64,000 nucleotides of DNA from assembly GCF_964204645.1 (NCBI RefSeq), contig NC_134026.1, forward strand, positions 4,859,950-4,923,949, written 5' to 3'. The stretch's first letter is position 1. Each line of letters opens with the position of its first letter. Below the pieces are notes generated by a model. It was not told the origin of the DNA, ran no database searches, and was given only the letters and a program-made list of their open reading frames with translations. The position numbers were made by a program, and so were the translations under genes. The stretch is from Tubulanus polymorphus (lineage: Eukaryota; Animalia; Nemertea). Of the stretch, positions 13,301 to 26,390 are shown in pieces.

Positions 13301-14859
13301 CTTTCAAAACCTGAGCTCTGTAACACGATGAGGATTGAAATTTTTCAGACAAGCGTTTTTAACCCATTTTGCGCCAGGCAACTGAACGTATATTGCCCCT
13401 CGACTGGCAGCCATTATTCTGATAAATCAGCCCCGCTGAGGGTTCCCTTTCATACCCTATAGCTCCTTCCTTATGTGGTGTAGAGTGTTTCGCTATCAGT
13501 TGGCCCATCCGACTGAGAATTGCTGAATTCATGAAGAATTGCTTGTTTCTTCTGTCGTTTGATATATTTTGTATTCTTCTTTTATGACACTTATCTTGTT
13601 TTCTTTTCCTCATGTTTGTAATAAGCTAACTATGTATTATGGTGCGATCAATTAAAGATATTTTTAATTTTCTCAAATACACACAAAACTTTGGAAGTGA
13701 CCTCGGGTTTTCTGGTAGTCGGTCTTGTGCTACCGATCTGTACTATTGCATAGAAGTTTTTTTATGCTGGTATAAACTGCATATGGGCATGTCCCATTAC
13801 TGCGACTATGACGCTCATAGAGTTAATAAAATCAAGTCAGGAATCATACGGAAATGCCATTTTATCTTCGTGCCAAAATGCCGCCCACACATCGTCATGG
13901 AATCCATTTTGATGGAGCACTCCTTCCCGTTGCCCACTCAACCCTGCATCACTCGCAATCCGGTACAAAAATCATCGACGTCGTCCGATTTTCAAGTCAC
14001 GTTTCCATGTCAATTTCTATTACTCACACTTTACCCTCGTGTAAAACTTCGGCTACGTCCGCGAAATAATTCTCTCATAAGTTGACTTTCACTATGATTC
14101 ACTATGAGACCGATGAACGTCTGGTTATAGTCCCACCTGTCCAATTCGTCGAACATTTCCTATTCGGCACGAGTCTCCGCCTCGAAGATACGGGTACGAT
14201 AATAAATTCAAATCGAAACGCTATTCTATCCGGTGCGTTTATATCGGCCGTTTGAGCTATTTATCTCATGTTTTATGTCCTGAGTCATGTTGAGTCAATT
14301 CGTTCCGGTCATCCGGTAATTAATCTATTCGTCGGAAAAACGTTTCGAGCTTATCAATACACGGATAGATCGGTCGGTCGGTCGCGGGTTGATGCGTCAG
14401 GTGTGCACAACCCGGCGCGAAGTGCTAAAAATGTGATTTCCTGCGAGGCCAATCCGAAATAAACTCAACCGTAAAAAAAATTGTCGTCGTTATGATTTAC
14501 TCGTTGAAATTCGTTTGTTTCGTCGAAAAAGTTAATCGTTCGCCGTCGTCCGCGATGAACTGCATCGATACATTAAAATCCGATGAAATATTTATTCGCT
14601 CGTCGCGTTTATGAAGCTATTAAATGATTTCGCTATTCATAGGTGCGAATATTGTTTTCGCGATGAAATAATGAGATTTCCCGATGAAATTTTTTATTGG
14701 ATGCTAATATTTGCCGTGGAAAGCGATCTTACGCGATATAAGATTCGTGCTGAAATCGCAACCCGTCCCTAGTGACCATTTAGATAAGTTGGAACTAACA
14801 AATAACGAATATGCATGTAGCAGTAGTAAAATTGATTGGTCCTTCTGATCTTTTTCCAA

Positions 14860-15030
14860 AGCCCTTATAAGCCTAACGCACACGACGGAGGGAAACACTG
14901 GAACATGTTTCCCAGTGTTTCCCTGTACGTTTCCCTATATCATGTGTACATTTTTTGAAAACAATGTTTCTTAGCTATAACATGTTTGATTCTGTGTTTC
15001 TGTGTTTTTGTGCATCGGCTTTACAAGGCC
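14860..15030. mobile_element. Degraded MITE-like element containing a 13-bp perfect hairpin
   Basis: AGGGAAACACTGG / CCAGTGTTTCCCT at 14889-14924. Loosely inverted ends agcccttataagcc..gcaca / tgtgcatcggctttacaaggcct. Confidence 0.45.
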
Positions 15031-15517
15031 TGGAAGTTTACATCACATGTGTTTAAAAAATTGCTCATTTACCATAGGATGAAACAGTGTTCAAATTTGG
15101 CTGCTTACTTCCAATGTTTGAGTTTTATTGAGCTGTAAGAAAGCCTTAGAAAAAAAAAATTCTTCGAAATTATCATCACTCACGGCATCGACAAGATGTG
15201 TGATTGATGAGCTCGTTACAATATCTCCGGCAATTTTCATTCAGAAATCATTTCACCATGTCGGGTTATACGCACACATGCATACATATATACACGGTGG
15301 CTAACAACCAACGATTTTAGATTCATCATCAGTCACAGTTCAGCGATCTGCGATCATCTTCCGTTAATTACGAGTCTACCACCTACCGGTAGATTGATAG
15401 ATTTCTTCCTGTTTATTAATCATAACCGACGGCGATCGATGCTGTCGTCGTCGAACGCGTTTCCGTTTGAAAAATTTTCATTCGATGAAAATCGTGACGA
15501 GCAGATTTCATAGGCCA

Positions 15518-15752
15518 GGGTGACGGTTAGCCTCCCGGTTAAGGGGTGGTGGTTAGCCTCCCAGTTAAGAGGTAACAATTAGCCTCCTGGTTAAGAGGTA
15601 ATGGTTAACCTCCTGGTTGAGGGGTAATGGTTAGCCTCCCGGTTAAGAGGTAACTATTAGCCTCCTGGTTAAGAGGTAACAGTTAGCCTCCTGGTTGAGG
15701 GGAAACAGTTAGCCTCCTGGTTAAGGGGGTGACGGTTAGCCTCCTGTTTAAG
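15518..15752. repeat. Minisatellite, 26-bp unit x9
   Basis: Consensus RGGTAACRGTTAGCCTCCYGGTTAAG repeated head to tail. Confidence 0.95.
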
Positions 15753-16219
15753 TATTTAACCTAGGAGCGTTATAGCTGTGATGAAAAATAGAAGCGAAAA
15801 TGGAAATATGAGTTGTATCGATCGGGTTAATCCCCGTTCTTCAAGATGAAGCATAAGTTCAGAACTATGGAGACGTTTCATTGACTACCAAAAAACTCAT
15901 TACATCCTAGAGACGGTTTTTAAATTAAACTCCTAATTGTAACATAGCTAGATCAAGGACTTATAACCGTAAGTAGATGAAATAGCAACGATGTGATTTA
16001 TTTAGACTATATCAGTTGTTATTTTCTGGTTCAGAGTTTTAAATGAGTTAACATAGTCGAACAACGATATTTTCAAATAGATTTCATTACAAAATTAAGT
16101 TAAAGAAAACCATCCAAACCTATTTTAACGCCTCTTCATTCATCACCTCAAATCAAAGAGCCTTTTTCTATATGAGTTTATCGGCCATCAAAGTGCATGT
16201 ATTGATTGAAGCGGATGTG

Positions 16220-16733
16220 GAGAGAGAGAGAGAGCCATCGCGCTTCGTTGAGAGCTGTGCAGTTGCATTTGCGCTCGGTATCCAGCAGAGGTCTCCGTCA
16301 TCCATGGACGACTGCGAGCGAGGAGTTCTCTCATTTCGGTTCACGGTTTATTCTACGCCGACGATAATAGTAATAATATCTACAACCGATGCTCTGGAAC
16401 CGTATTAGTAATCGCGATGATGACTTTACGCGTCTGATTTTCATTATCGCCGCAACTGGAGGAAGTATTTATTAACGGTATATATACGGGTATTACGGGG
16501 TGTGTGGATTACTAACCCGGTGCTGGAGAGGCGACACCTGCGAAGTATTCAGTTCGCGCTTTGCTCTGTCTCTCTATCACTCTCCGCGTGTCTCTTGTTC
16601 TATTTGATGTATGATGTTTCATAAAGTCCATTACAATCTGAACAACTTCCAACAGAGATTAATTTTCTGGCGCTGCTAGACACATGATACATCACGGGCA
16701 GGTTTTCGCGATTACGGATTACTGGCTGTTCGA
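16220..16733 (+). promoter_or_regulatory. Possible promoter / 5' UTR region upstream of the signal-peptide exon
   Basis: GA repeat at ~16220-16234, Inr-like TCAGTT at 16549-16554, CT-rich tract after it and CpG-rich context. No TATA box at -30. The CT tract could instead be a polypyrimidine tract for an acceptor at 16655. Confidence 0.25.
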
Positions 16734-16887
16734 ATGTGCGCGAACGTTCAACGCCCATATTTGGGTCCTTTCTGGATATTCTCGTCGATTTTGCTGATCG
16801 CCGTTGTCGGATTTTCTCAGACGAGCCATGCGATGAACGCGGGCTTGTACGAGGTGATGATGTCGAAATGGGTGGTCGACGCCCTCG
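16734..16887 (+). CDS. Lar: Probable first coding exon (signal peptide) of the LAR-type PTP
   Basis: ATG at 16734 reads MCANVQRPYLGPFWIFSSILLIAVVGFSQTSHA-MNAGLYEVMMSKWVVDAL: a hydrophobic core plus an S-H-A cleavage-like site. It ends at a phase-1 donor CTC G|GTAGGT that joins Ig1 in frame (G+AT=Asp). No homology support, since signal peptides are not conserved. Confidence 0.6.
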
Positions 16888-17605
16888 GTAGGTTCTTCTC
16901 ATTTGTCTTGTCTTTTTTTCGCAAAATCTTTTTTCGATGCGCTTTAGAAATTGCCTAACGATATTTTTTTTTCGCCACAAAAAACCAAGCGGTAGACTCG
17001 TTTTCATAGAATTTGAATTCATCTCGGAGGGATGTACGAATATGCGAAACCGAAGGGAATCGATTTAATTCAGTTCGTGGCTCTCGCCTAAAACGACTTA
17101 CTTATGAAAGCGTAGAATTACGCGTCGTGAGAAAACGACCTTTTAAACAAAACAAAAAAAAAACGCGTTAAGGGGCAGGAAATAGTTATCTGACGGTATT
17201 CGCCGTGGTACACGTATCGGTTTTTCGTCTTCGAAAACTTGATGAAAAATTTATGCGAATGTGTCATTAAAAATTTTGTACCTGTTTATGCAGAGTTTGT
17301 ATTGATCTGAGCGACTTCATACGAGTGTAACTTGAAACGTGAAGAGTCCAATATTCGCTGCTGTTGCTGCTGCGTTTTTTTTACCCCACTCTGAATATGA
17401 AACATTTAGGCTACTGCAGCAGTGTGCCCGAAATAATCAAGAAATATATGATAACGTATTTTTAAGCAGCTATTAATCTTTAATTTGGCCATTGATATGA
17501 CCGGGGAAGGGGGGTGTTGGTAAAAGTTTCGACTGAGGATGGGAAAATCAGGATGCGAATAATGTATATCAAAGTACATGCATAGCTGAATTATTCTGTT
17601 TTATT

Positions 17606-17773
17606 ACACTCCGCCAATAGTGGTACCGGTAATCCGTTCAAACCAGCAGAATAACAAAAAAAATTTATGTCCCTACAGTTGGCAATGTAAAAATAATCTG
17701 AAAATCAATGCCATTATTTGTCTATAACGGTAACATTTTGCTGGTCCTGACACTACTGCTATAGGTGGAGTCT
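17606..17773. mobile_element. Degraded TIR element (possibly a Tc1/mariner-type MITE)
   Basis: acactccgccaatagtggta versus reverse complement agactccacctatagcagta (15/20), plus an inner inverted accagca/tgctggt. Confidence 0.4.
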
Positions 17774-19054
17774 GATATAGAAGTCAGTCTTCACATTATG
17801 AAGATAGAGTATTCAATATTTAGCATCCATGGTTCGAGTGAACCGTAGGTATTTTGGTTATGAAAATGGCCCGATAGATGAGAGATGTGCTGGCTGTAAT
17901 TGTATCGGGAAATATTCCACCTACTCGTTACGCATTAGTCATCAAGGGAGACAATCCGACCGGTGATGCACACGTACAGAATATCATTCCCCTCTTGAAA
18001 GCAACTCTGAGAAGCCTATTTAAGTCATATCCGCTTTTACCAGTTCGGGATTATACCTACAGGGGTGCTTATTATATTTCAAGGGCCATGTCTTTAAACT
18101 TAAATGCAATATTACGCCCCATTGTTTGAAGTGAGCTTCTCATACAAGGGGGGATATTGTTAATATGAAAGATGAACTTCATGATGGAAATAATGAAATA
18201 TAAATGCTACAGTTAAATTACAATGTTATATATTGTCAGTATGTTGCAATCTAAAAATCGATGAATTCTATTTACAGCAAATATTTCTCATTCGATTACA
18301 TTTCTGTTTCGCAGGATTATATGCATTTTGTTTGAAGTCATATTAAGCCTCCGTAAGTCATAGTCGCTGAAAATGCGATTGCTCACTCGCGCTTGCATCG
18401 TATTGTAAATCCTACCGATGTTGGCTGTTCCAGCCTCCTTTCTATGTATAATAAGAAACCGGGCTCATGAATGAAAGGCTTTCGAAGCCTGAAGCTATGA
18501 AACATTGGCATATAGCTATGAAACATTATACGGACAGTGTTTGGCCATGGCTGAAGGAGCAATTATGAAAGATATCATTATTAATGATAACTAACTCATC
18601 GACTAGTGCTTGTGCTTATCGACAGATTTTACCGTGAAGGACCAGCGATGAATTCATTACATATCGACTTCAATATTACTCGATGTTACTTCATCACATG
18701 ATTGCTTTTGAATTTTCGGCCCTGTTTCGAAGACATAGGATAATAACAATTATTGAAAGCAGTATTCTCCATTGAGTTCCAGAGTGAATTGATTTGATTC
18801 CCAAATCTTATGTTCTTGCCCGCTTTCACTGACTTGAGCGCAATGAAGCTGGTGATTATATATAAGATATTGGGATTGGAATATCCAATTGCTCTTAAAA
18901 GCGTAGCAAACATGATATTTGATTGTGACACCTTGATGCCAGATTTATATCTTGTATGCCATATGTTTGTGCTTAAGTTGAACCTACACCATTGCCACAA
19001 TCATGAATCATGAACAAACATGAATTTCCATTTATTTCCAATGAATGTGACAAT

Positions 19055-19321
19055 AGCCGCGATTACACAAGCATTTTGGCCGGTGCCAAATTTTGCCGGG
19101 AACAACTGTTCACACGGATACCAAATGGGCCCAGTGCAAGTTTGGCCTGACCAAACCTAAGCCAAATTTTAGCATGGGGTCAAATCATGGCTATGAATTA
19201 AAACTGGTTCCGTGACTCGCATTGCTTTGTTTAGTATTGAGTGAGTGGTTTATGTGTGAACGCTCTCTCTAATTAGACTCAGGCCTGATCGGGGCCAAAT
19301 CGTCTCTGCGTGATGGCGGCT
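19055..19321 (-). mobile_element. MITE family 1, near full-length copy with AAT target duplication
   Basis: Termini AGCCGCGATTACAC ... GCGTGATGGCGGCT, flanked by AAT on both sides. The reverse complement aligns by eye to 5325-5614. Confidence 0.85.
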
Positions 19322-22300
19322 AATGTTTTTGATGAAGTTGTGAGTCGGGTGAGTAATGATGGAAGGTATTGTTTTATTCACTGATATGACTATGGCAACA
19401 TGTGAAGCTGCTTGAAGTCACTCGCATCAGCAGCATCGGATTCAGCATGCAGATGGTTTGATGCAGTTTACTTGTTGTATTTGCCGTGTAAGACGTCAAT
19501 AATGGCCTCGCTGAATCAATTAACATTTCGCTGCGCAAACTTCCATTCCTTATACGGCGTCCTGACTAGCAATGCACTCATTGAATTTAAGTTGCGGAAC
19601 TCGGCGTCGGCTGAATTTAATTTGACGCTTCCGTCACGATGACCACAATCGAATGCGGCTATACATGATTCTCATCGTCAAACATTGACCGTCGTCGTTC
19701 GGTTCGCTCCTGCGCGTTTTCCGTATTCGAAAGCTTGTGAGTGAAATCTTGAAGCTTCATTCCACAATATCAATTCTTCTCTCCCCTTTTGTATTGAATT
19801 GATCGCGGGAGCTCTATACCTTCGAAGAAAAATAATGAGTGCTTTCTCTTGTTTAATGATTTTTTGATGCGCTTAATCTCTTCAGTTCATTTGATTCGAC
19901 ATTTTTTGATTGCGTACTCCAATACTCTGTGGAAAACTCTTTATGACGGGAGTTCTGAAGAAAAAAGTGGATCCGTGGTACTTTAGTCGCATTGCGACTA
20001 CCTTACTGATACTGCGAGGCCTATCCCGGTTACGGGAGCAATTATAAAACTGTCAAACCTGGTGAGTTGTTCAAATAACTCACCTTGCGCCCGAATGACA
20101 GGTCCTGTTTGTTCGTCAGTTGTAGTTGACTTGACGTTTAATTGATGACACTTTTTACATCATCGCGACGCCGATTATCAACTACTCTCGGCTCTACTAG
20201 CGTGTGGCGAAACGGGGTCGCTGCGACCGACCGTTTTCATTTGCTCAATCAACGAACCCAAGGGGAATCAACGTGAAATAACATTTGTCCCCGAACCGGC
20301 AACGGTGCCAGCTAGCGTCGACGTTGATAATTCGCGGCGTCGCGCCGATGTAGCCGTGAATTTCATCGGAATCGACATCGCGCGGCACGCTTCAGCGATA
20401 ATGAAATTGATACGCATCAGATTTTTAATAGCCAGGTATAGGCTTTGTTTTTGTAGCTGGTTGAAAGGTGGACTAGGCGTGAAATCGATTCCGCATTAGT
20501 TGTTTAGGCCATAAAAAGTGACGGCCTTTTCAAACTCTGATAATATACACTCTGAACTGAATACCGATTACTTATTCACTATTCATACACAAATTATCGC
20601 CAAAAGGCATGGCAGGCAATTATTTTGATTTTGTCAAGGGAAACTTATTAAGTTTCCTACATTCTCATGGGCTGAAAATGATGAGGAATTTTCTGTTCTA
20701 CCACGCTGATTAAGAGATTTCGACGCCTGACTATATACGTACCAGGCAACATGTAAGAAGATGCCAACCAACCACCATCGCTGGCTAATCTTATTTCGTC
20801 TTTCACCACCTATAATATATTCGTGTAATCGGCTCAGTAGTGTGTATGTATGTAAGTCTCGTCTTGTAGCGCGTGTAATCAACATCGAATCAAAATCATG
20901 TTACAAATAGTATACCGGACTCAGACGCGGACCTCAGAGGCGGCTCTCCCAGGACATTCGTACTCTAAATACAAGTATATGATAATTGGGTATCGGTCTG
21001 GGTAAATTAGTCGTACATAAGAACGAATCTAGGTTCTACAAGTTCTAGATTCCCTTACCAAGTTTAAGAGGCATCAATGATGTCCTCAATCTGGAAGGTT
21101 TTGAGGAGAAAACCTTCCAGAATGGGGACATGATTGCATCATTGGGGGCATCTTCCCTAACATCACCATTAGACTTTACCTGAAATTGCCACCATTCAGT
21201 AAGTACTGTTGAACTTCTTTTTTCAAACGCATCTCGGCACTACCATAAAACCATATATTCTCCGAGAATTTCCCCGAGCTATTTTCAGGTATATATTTAG
21301 GTATTATTCAGCGAGATGGTTTCAAGAGGAAAAGTAGCTCACTTGATTTTGTTTCCACGCAACTGTTCGTTACTTGAAAAGATCCGACGAATCGTTTGAT
21401 GTTTGTTCAGTTCCTAAAGTTTAAAATTGGCATACGCATCATACTACTGATGTACGAACTACCGATGAATGAAAATGAATTGAATCGAAAACAACACTTA
21501 ATACACTACGCGCGTATTAGAAATACGACATATGTCATCACAAGAATTATTAGCTTTATCATCTATTTACGCCCGAGGCACAAGTCGGAAATATGTAATA
21601 TTAAGATTCTGGTTGATGGTTGATACCATTTTAAGGCGATTTAAATATGGCCCTCTTTTTGTATGGGTGGAATTTCGTTACGGGGAGATTGGAGGGATGG
21701 TAATATTTCTGTCAGAATCAATAACCTATATCACTTTTAGAATAGTTTTTACCCTTTTTGCCTCATAACCTAATTTCAAAATGCTCTCGTTTCAAAACCG
21801 CTAAACTTATTATAGTATGCGGAATGAATTTACAAAATTCGATAACTTTTGATTTCTTGAATATCACCAGACGCCCATCATTCTGACAATTCACTTCCGA
21901 ATTCGTGGAACTGCGTGAAAAATACAAAACAACACTAGTCGTAATCAATGAATAGATCCATATTGTTAACTGGAACTGTTATAGCATGAAATTCACAAAA
22001 TGTTGACTTCAATGAAAACATCAATAGCGCGCTGAAGCGATGATCCGTTCATAATAAATGTCACCCGAGCTGCATAAACATTGTGATCGCTGCTCTGTGA
22101 TACGCGTTGTTGTCGAATCAAATTACTTTCTATATCAATCGATAAATTATTACATTTTTCAAGTTGAAATTGTATTTTTAGGCCAAGTTTTTTGTTACAG
22201 TATTCGCGTTGTGCGATTTGTCATATTCACACGCACCAAGTGACTTATCAGTAGCTAGGATCAGCGTCTAATCCCGTAAACTGTCGGAAATCATTTTTAA

Positions 22301-23146
22301 TGAATTTTCAATTTTTGTATTTACGCGCGGCATGCGCTGAACGAAAAATTAACAAATCTAAAAAAGTAACCAAATCGTCAATCAAAAAAGTAACCAACAG
22401 GAGGTTCATTCGGGAACTAAACTTTTTCGCAGGAGGCCCCGCACTCTCACCCCCTACTCCCACGCTACGGGTCAGCGTGGATGTCCATCTCTCTCAATGA
22501 GCCATTAGATCGGCCGTACCTAATCTCATCGCACTAAGATCGGGTGCTCTTCAATTGATGAACTATATATCAGCCATCATCGCCGCAATCACTCTGCCTC
22601 CATTATCTAAATCAGTCTGGTTTATATCCTGAGGTGTGCGCCAGGTTCACGTCTACAACGATTCGATTTTCCACAATTGTCCACCATATTGTTGTTATAT
22701 ATATATGTATACAATTCGCTAATGGCATCGAATGTCGTCGTTTTTTTTTTCGATCATTCGCCCGAGCGGCCGTAAACGATGGCAATCCTTAAACATGTCA
22801 AGATGCTCGATCTATCACGTCGCGATACAACGAGAATTAATGCGTTCACTTGTGTAATTATGACTTTTGCGTCCTACGAACGAACGCAACATACGAGTCC
22901 GATGATAGTCGTCGTGAAGATACTCCGGTATCGCTCTTCGCTGATTCGCGTCGAAGGGTCATCGACGAATATTATGTCCTCTTAATTTAGTGACGGATGA
23001 TAATTCTTATTTATCGCGATGTTGCTAAGATACTCGGATCGGATAACGTTGCTACGATGTCGATGTCGTATATCTGGAGTCATTGTCTCACTAAATAGGG
23101 ATAAGCAGCTCGATATGGACTAATTAAATTTCAGGAATTCATATTA

Positions 23147-23310
23147 CAGGGCTCGGTTTCATAGACTGGTATCAAAATTATCCCTAGGGATAACTCCTAA
23201 ATCGGGGTAACAACCAGCATAGTAACAATGCGAAACCATGGTTATAACTGATAAATTTCAGAATGTTCCCAGGGACTATTTTGCTTCCACATCTATGACA
23301 CCCAGTCCTG
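23147..23310. mobile_element. Degraded TIR element similar to 44407-44515
   Basis: cagggctcggtttcatagac versus the reverse complement of atctatgacacccagtcctg (about three quarters identical). Internal palindrome ttatccctagggataa. Confidence 0.5.
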
Positions 23311-24406
23311 GAGACTATAGTTTAGATTAGTGGAGACAAGTTTTTTCAATGCACGTACTATTTTCTCGCCACTGGGGTCGATGCCATGAAATTCGTGATA
23401 ATATAAGTCACCACAGAAATGGCTGAAAATTATCCGAAAAATGCCCCCCTTGGCTACGAGAATATGAAACTGGGTTCTAGATATTACGGAAAGCACTTTG
23501 ACATTTTTCCATATGATATACAGTAGATAGATAGTTTACACCTCATCCTTCCAGTGGAATCATCGTTCACATGAAGGCTATCAAGTGTTGCCTAGTAGGT
23601 GACAAATAAAATATGATACGTTCATCATTAGAATCCGTTAATGTGAATGAGCAATAGAGTTAATGGACTATTGCCTGTTTGTTCAGCAATTTTCCCATAT
23701 CAGGAGCGTCCTCAATTATATAGTCACGTTTTATATCTTCACCCGGATAGTTAAAAGCCCCATCATCTATGAAAGTTAATGTCCCCTACAGGTGAAAGTG
23801 GACAAAAATGTTGCCACTTTTAATAGAAGGTTCATTTAATTGTTGCTCCTTGCGGATGAAGTATCCGTTGTTATTACCAGTTAAAAGATGTAGTAGAGTT
23901 GTTGTTTACTGAGGCTAATTGATCACGGTCCGGGGGTTATTCAGTCTGCCTTCTGAAGGTCTTTGTTATTGTTGACGAATAATCTTGACATTGAATAATT
24001 GATACAAGCAAGCGTTGCCGTTAAATCCTGATTCCGTCGAAGGTGCCGGCCATTAATAATCGCGGTTAGCTGTACATATGAAATATTGAAGCCTTATTAT
24101 CAGTCGTTTACATCGATTTCGATGATGGTTTGAATGAGAGTTCGTGAATATTTTACACCACTTTCCCCATACATAATATGAAGGTGAAGTTAGTTGCCAG
24201 GAAATTGTACGGATGACAATCAACCGGGCTTTCAAGAGAGAAGTGTGTACATCAGATAGATTTGTACAAATAACGGCTTTAAAGGAATTGTTCTTGATGT
24301 CACTCAGTGTTTGTCTTGGTGAGGTGAATAGAGATGTGGGAGGGTATGCTCTATAGTCGAGAGGTTATGCTCTATAAAGGTTATGCGTGTAATGGCATCC
24401 ATATTG

Positions 24407-24709
24407 GCCTCGCGATCTCATGGAAACGATTTGACCACGTCAAAATTGACCAGTGGCTCAATGGAGAACATCTGTAAACGACTCACTTTATACTTAACAA
24501 AGCAAAGTTAGTCACTTCCTGAACCCTGTTACAATTCAAACGCAACGATTTGCCTACAATTTATCAAAATTTGGCTTGGTTTTGGTCAGGCCACTTCGGC
24601 TTGGACCAAATTTGGCACCCATGTGAACAGTTGGCCTTGGCCTTATTTTGCTCAGGCCAAAAGTCACTGATGACCAATGTGGCATATGTGAACACTAGGT
24701 GTGATGACT
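24407..24709 (+). mobile_element. MITE family 1, diverged copy
   Basis: cgcgatctca...acgatttgacc, aacaaagcaaagttagtca, aaaatttggct and ggcacccatgtgaacagtt occur in family order. Confidence 0.7.
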
Positions 24710-25592
24710 AGGAGTGCATCCTCTAGACAAATGCCTTCGTTTTCATTCAATATGCCGTGGTCGAGAGGTAAAATCAAATCAAAAATGCAGAATCATCTTT
24801 TCACCCAAGCGGGTATTTTGTCTACGGCATCATGAAATCATATAAAGTCTATCCCCGGTGGTACAATTTCGCTAATGATAGCGATGGACATCGGCGGCGA
24901 TAGTTACGACGCGTGAAAAGCAAGCAGTGCGGGCCCGCTCGCAGCTAGATTCATTAATTGGCGCTGTTAGAAAGGGATATCATTCGCCTAATTTTATCAT
25001 TCATGCAAATCGTGCCGGGCACATCGGTAAGTTAGAAAACCCTCCGCTAGTACGCCACGGAGTTTGCGTGGATTAATGAAGACAGTCGGCGATGCAGTAT
25101 GAAGGGGTAGTAACACCAGCAAAGCCTGTTTATGGCATTGTGTAATTAGGAAGTGCTGAGAGCTGCTAGCTTCAGCTTCGTAATGAATAATTGCTTATTA
25201 AAGCAATCCCACGCGTAGATTCAGCCGCATGACCGAGCCCCCAGTTTTAAGAGAATGCTTACACGCGCGCAAGCGTGCCGACCCTATATTCCAAATAATC
25301 TAGACCGATGCTTCCAAGTATTTGATTAGCGAAGTATAAGATTATTCGAAAATATACCGAGAATTGTAGTAGCGGGAGTTCATTATTGGACATGTAATTA
25401 CGAACACTTTCAACGGGCGTTGCATTATTAAACATGGGTGTTCTCGATGTGTGTGCGCGCGTATGGATGCTTCCCGCTGCGGCTGATTTTCATTCAGAAA
25501 CAATAATCTATCTACAACTCGTCACGTCATCCGAACATTCATATCTGATACTGATGTGGTGTATTGTCACGACACTTTCAGTTAAAGCCAAA

Positions 25593-25705
25593 AGCCGCGA
25601 CCACACGGATACGGAATCGTCAAATTTGGCCTGATTAGAGAGCACTTTCACATGTAAACCATTCCCTAGATACTAAACGATGCTTAAACAAAGCGAAGGG
25701 AGTCT
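25593..25705 (+). mobile_element. MITE family 1, 5' half
   Basis: AGCCGCGACCACACG terminus, attagagagc and tgcttaaacaaagcgaag. Confidence 0.7.
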
Positions 25706-25767
25706 GGTCCAACGGTCTGTGATGGACCCAGTAAGAAAATGTCTGAACTCTTGAGATATATTACGCA

Positions 25768-25884
25768 TAGCTGTATAACCTAACCACTGGCCATGTGGAC
25801 TAGTTCTTTTGGTCTACTGGTTAGCACGCTTGCTTAGACCAAAGTTTGATCCCTGGTGAGTGTGCGTAATTCTTGATCGTTACA
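25768..25884 (+). mobile_element. tRNA-like repeat (SINE head or tRNA-containing LTR), internally deleted
   Basis: A-box-like TGGTCTACTGG, B-box-like GTTTGATCC, ends ATCGTTACA. Inverted homologue at 26391-26610. Confidence 0.65.
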
Positions 25885-26390
25885 CATAGTTTAGTTGATG
25901 AAATGAAGGAAGAAGATAAATGAAGAATATAGAGATCAATTTCTGACCAAATATTGAGATTAAATCCTGAATTATCTCTGGCCTCGTGCTGGTCGTACCG
26001 AACCCACCTTTGTTCAGTTCTTTCATGTTCAGCGACGCTAAGCATTTTGAACACTGATGTCTTCCAGCAGTTGAAAATCGATACGTAGATGTTGTCTGGT
26101 AGGTATCAAAACAAAAATCAATAATCTATAATTGAGAATGCGTACTCGAAGGATGCGGATTTGATGAAGCGATGATGACCAAGAGCAGATTTGATCATAT
26201 TTCGTATTACCAGACCACCATTAGACAAGAAATTTATTATTCTACTTGTTACATTGGCAAGTTCAGTTTGTCATACTTTTTAATAGGCATATTTCTCTTC
26301 GTCAGTCACCATTTTGGGTAAGGGCAAATTTATAGCAGGTATTTGAACATTTGAACATAATGATACACTGTTTTATGGGTTCTCCACCAG

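Noticed and set aside
196-14085. Longer supplied ORFs (196-564, 3256-3708, 12512-12889, 13639-14085)
   Set aside because: No recognisable domains or convincing exon boundaries. They overlap CpG-rich low-complexity DNA or MITEs.
15518-15752. Repeat-spacer-like array
   Set aside because: The variable part is only ~6 nt and related between units, so it is a minisatellite.
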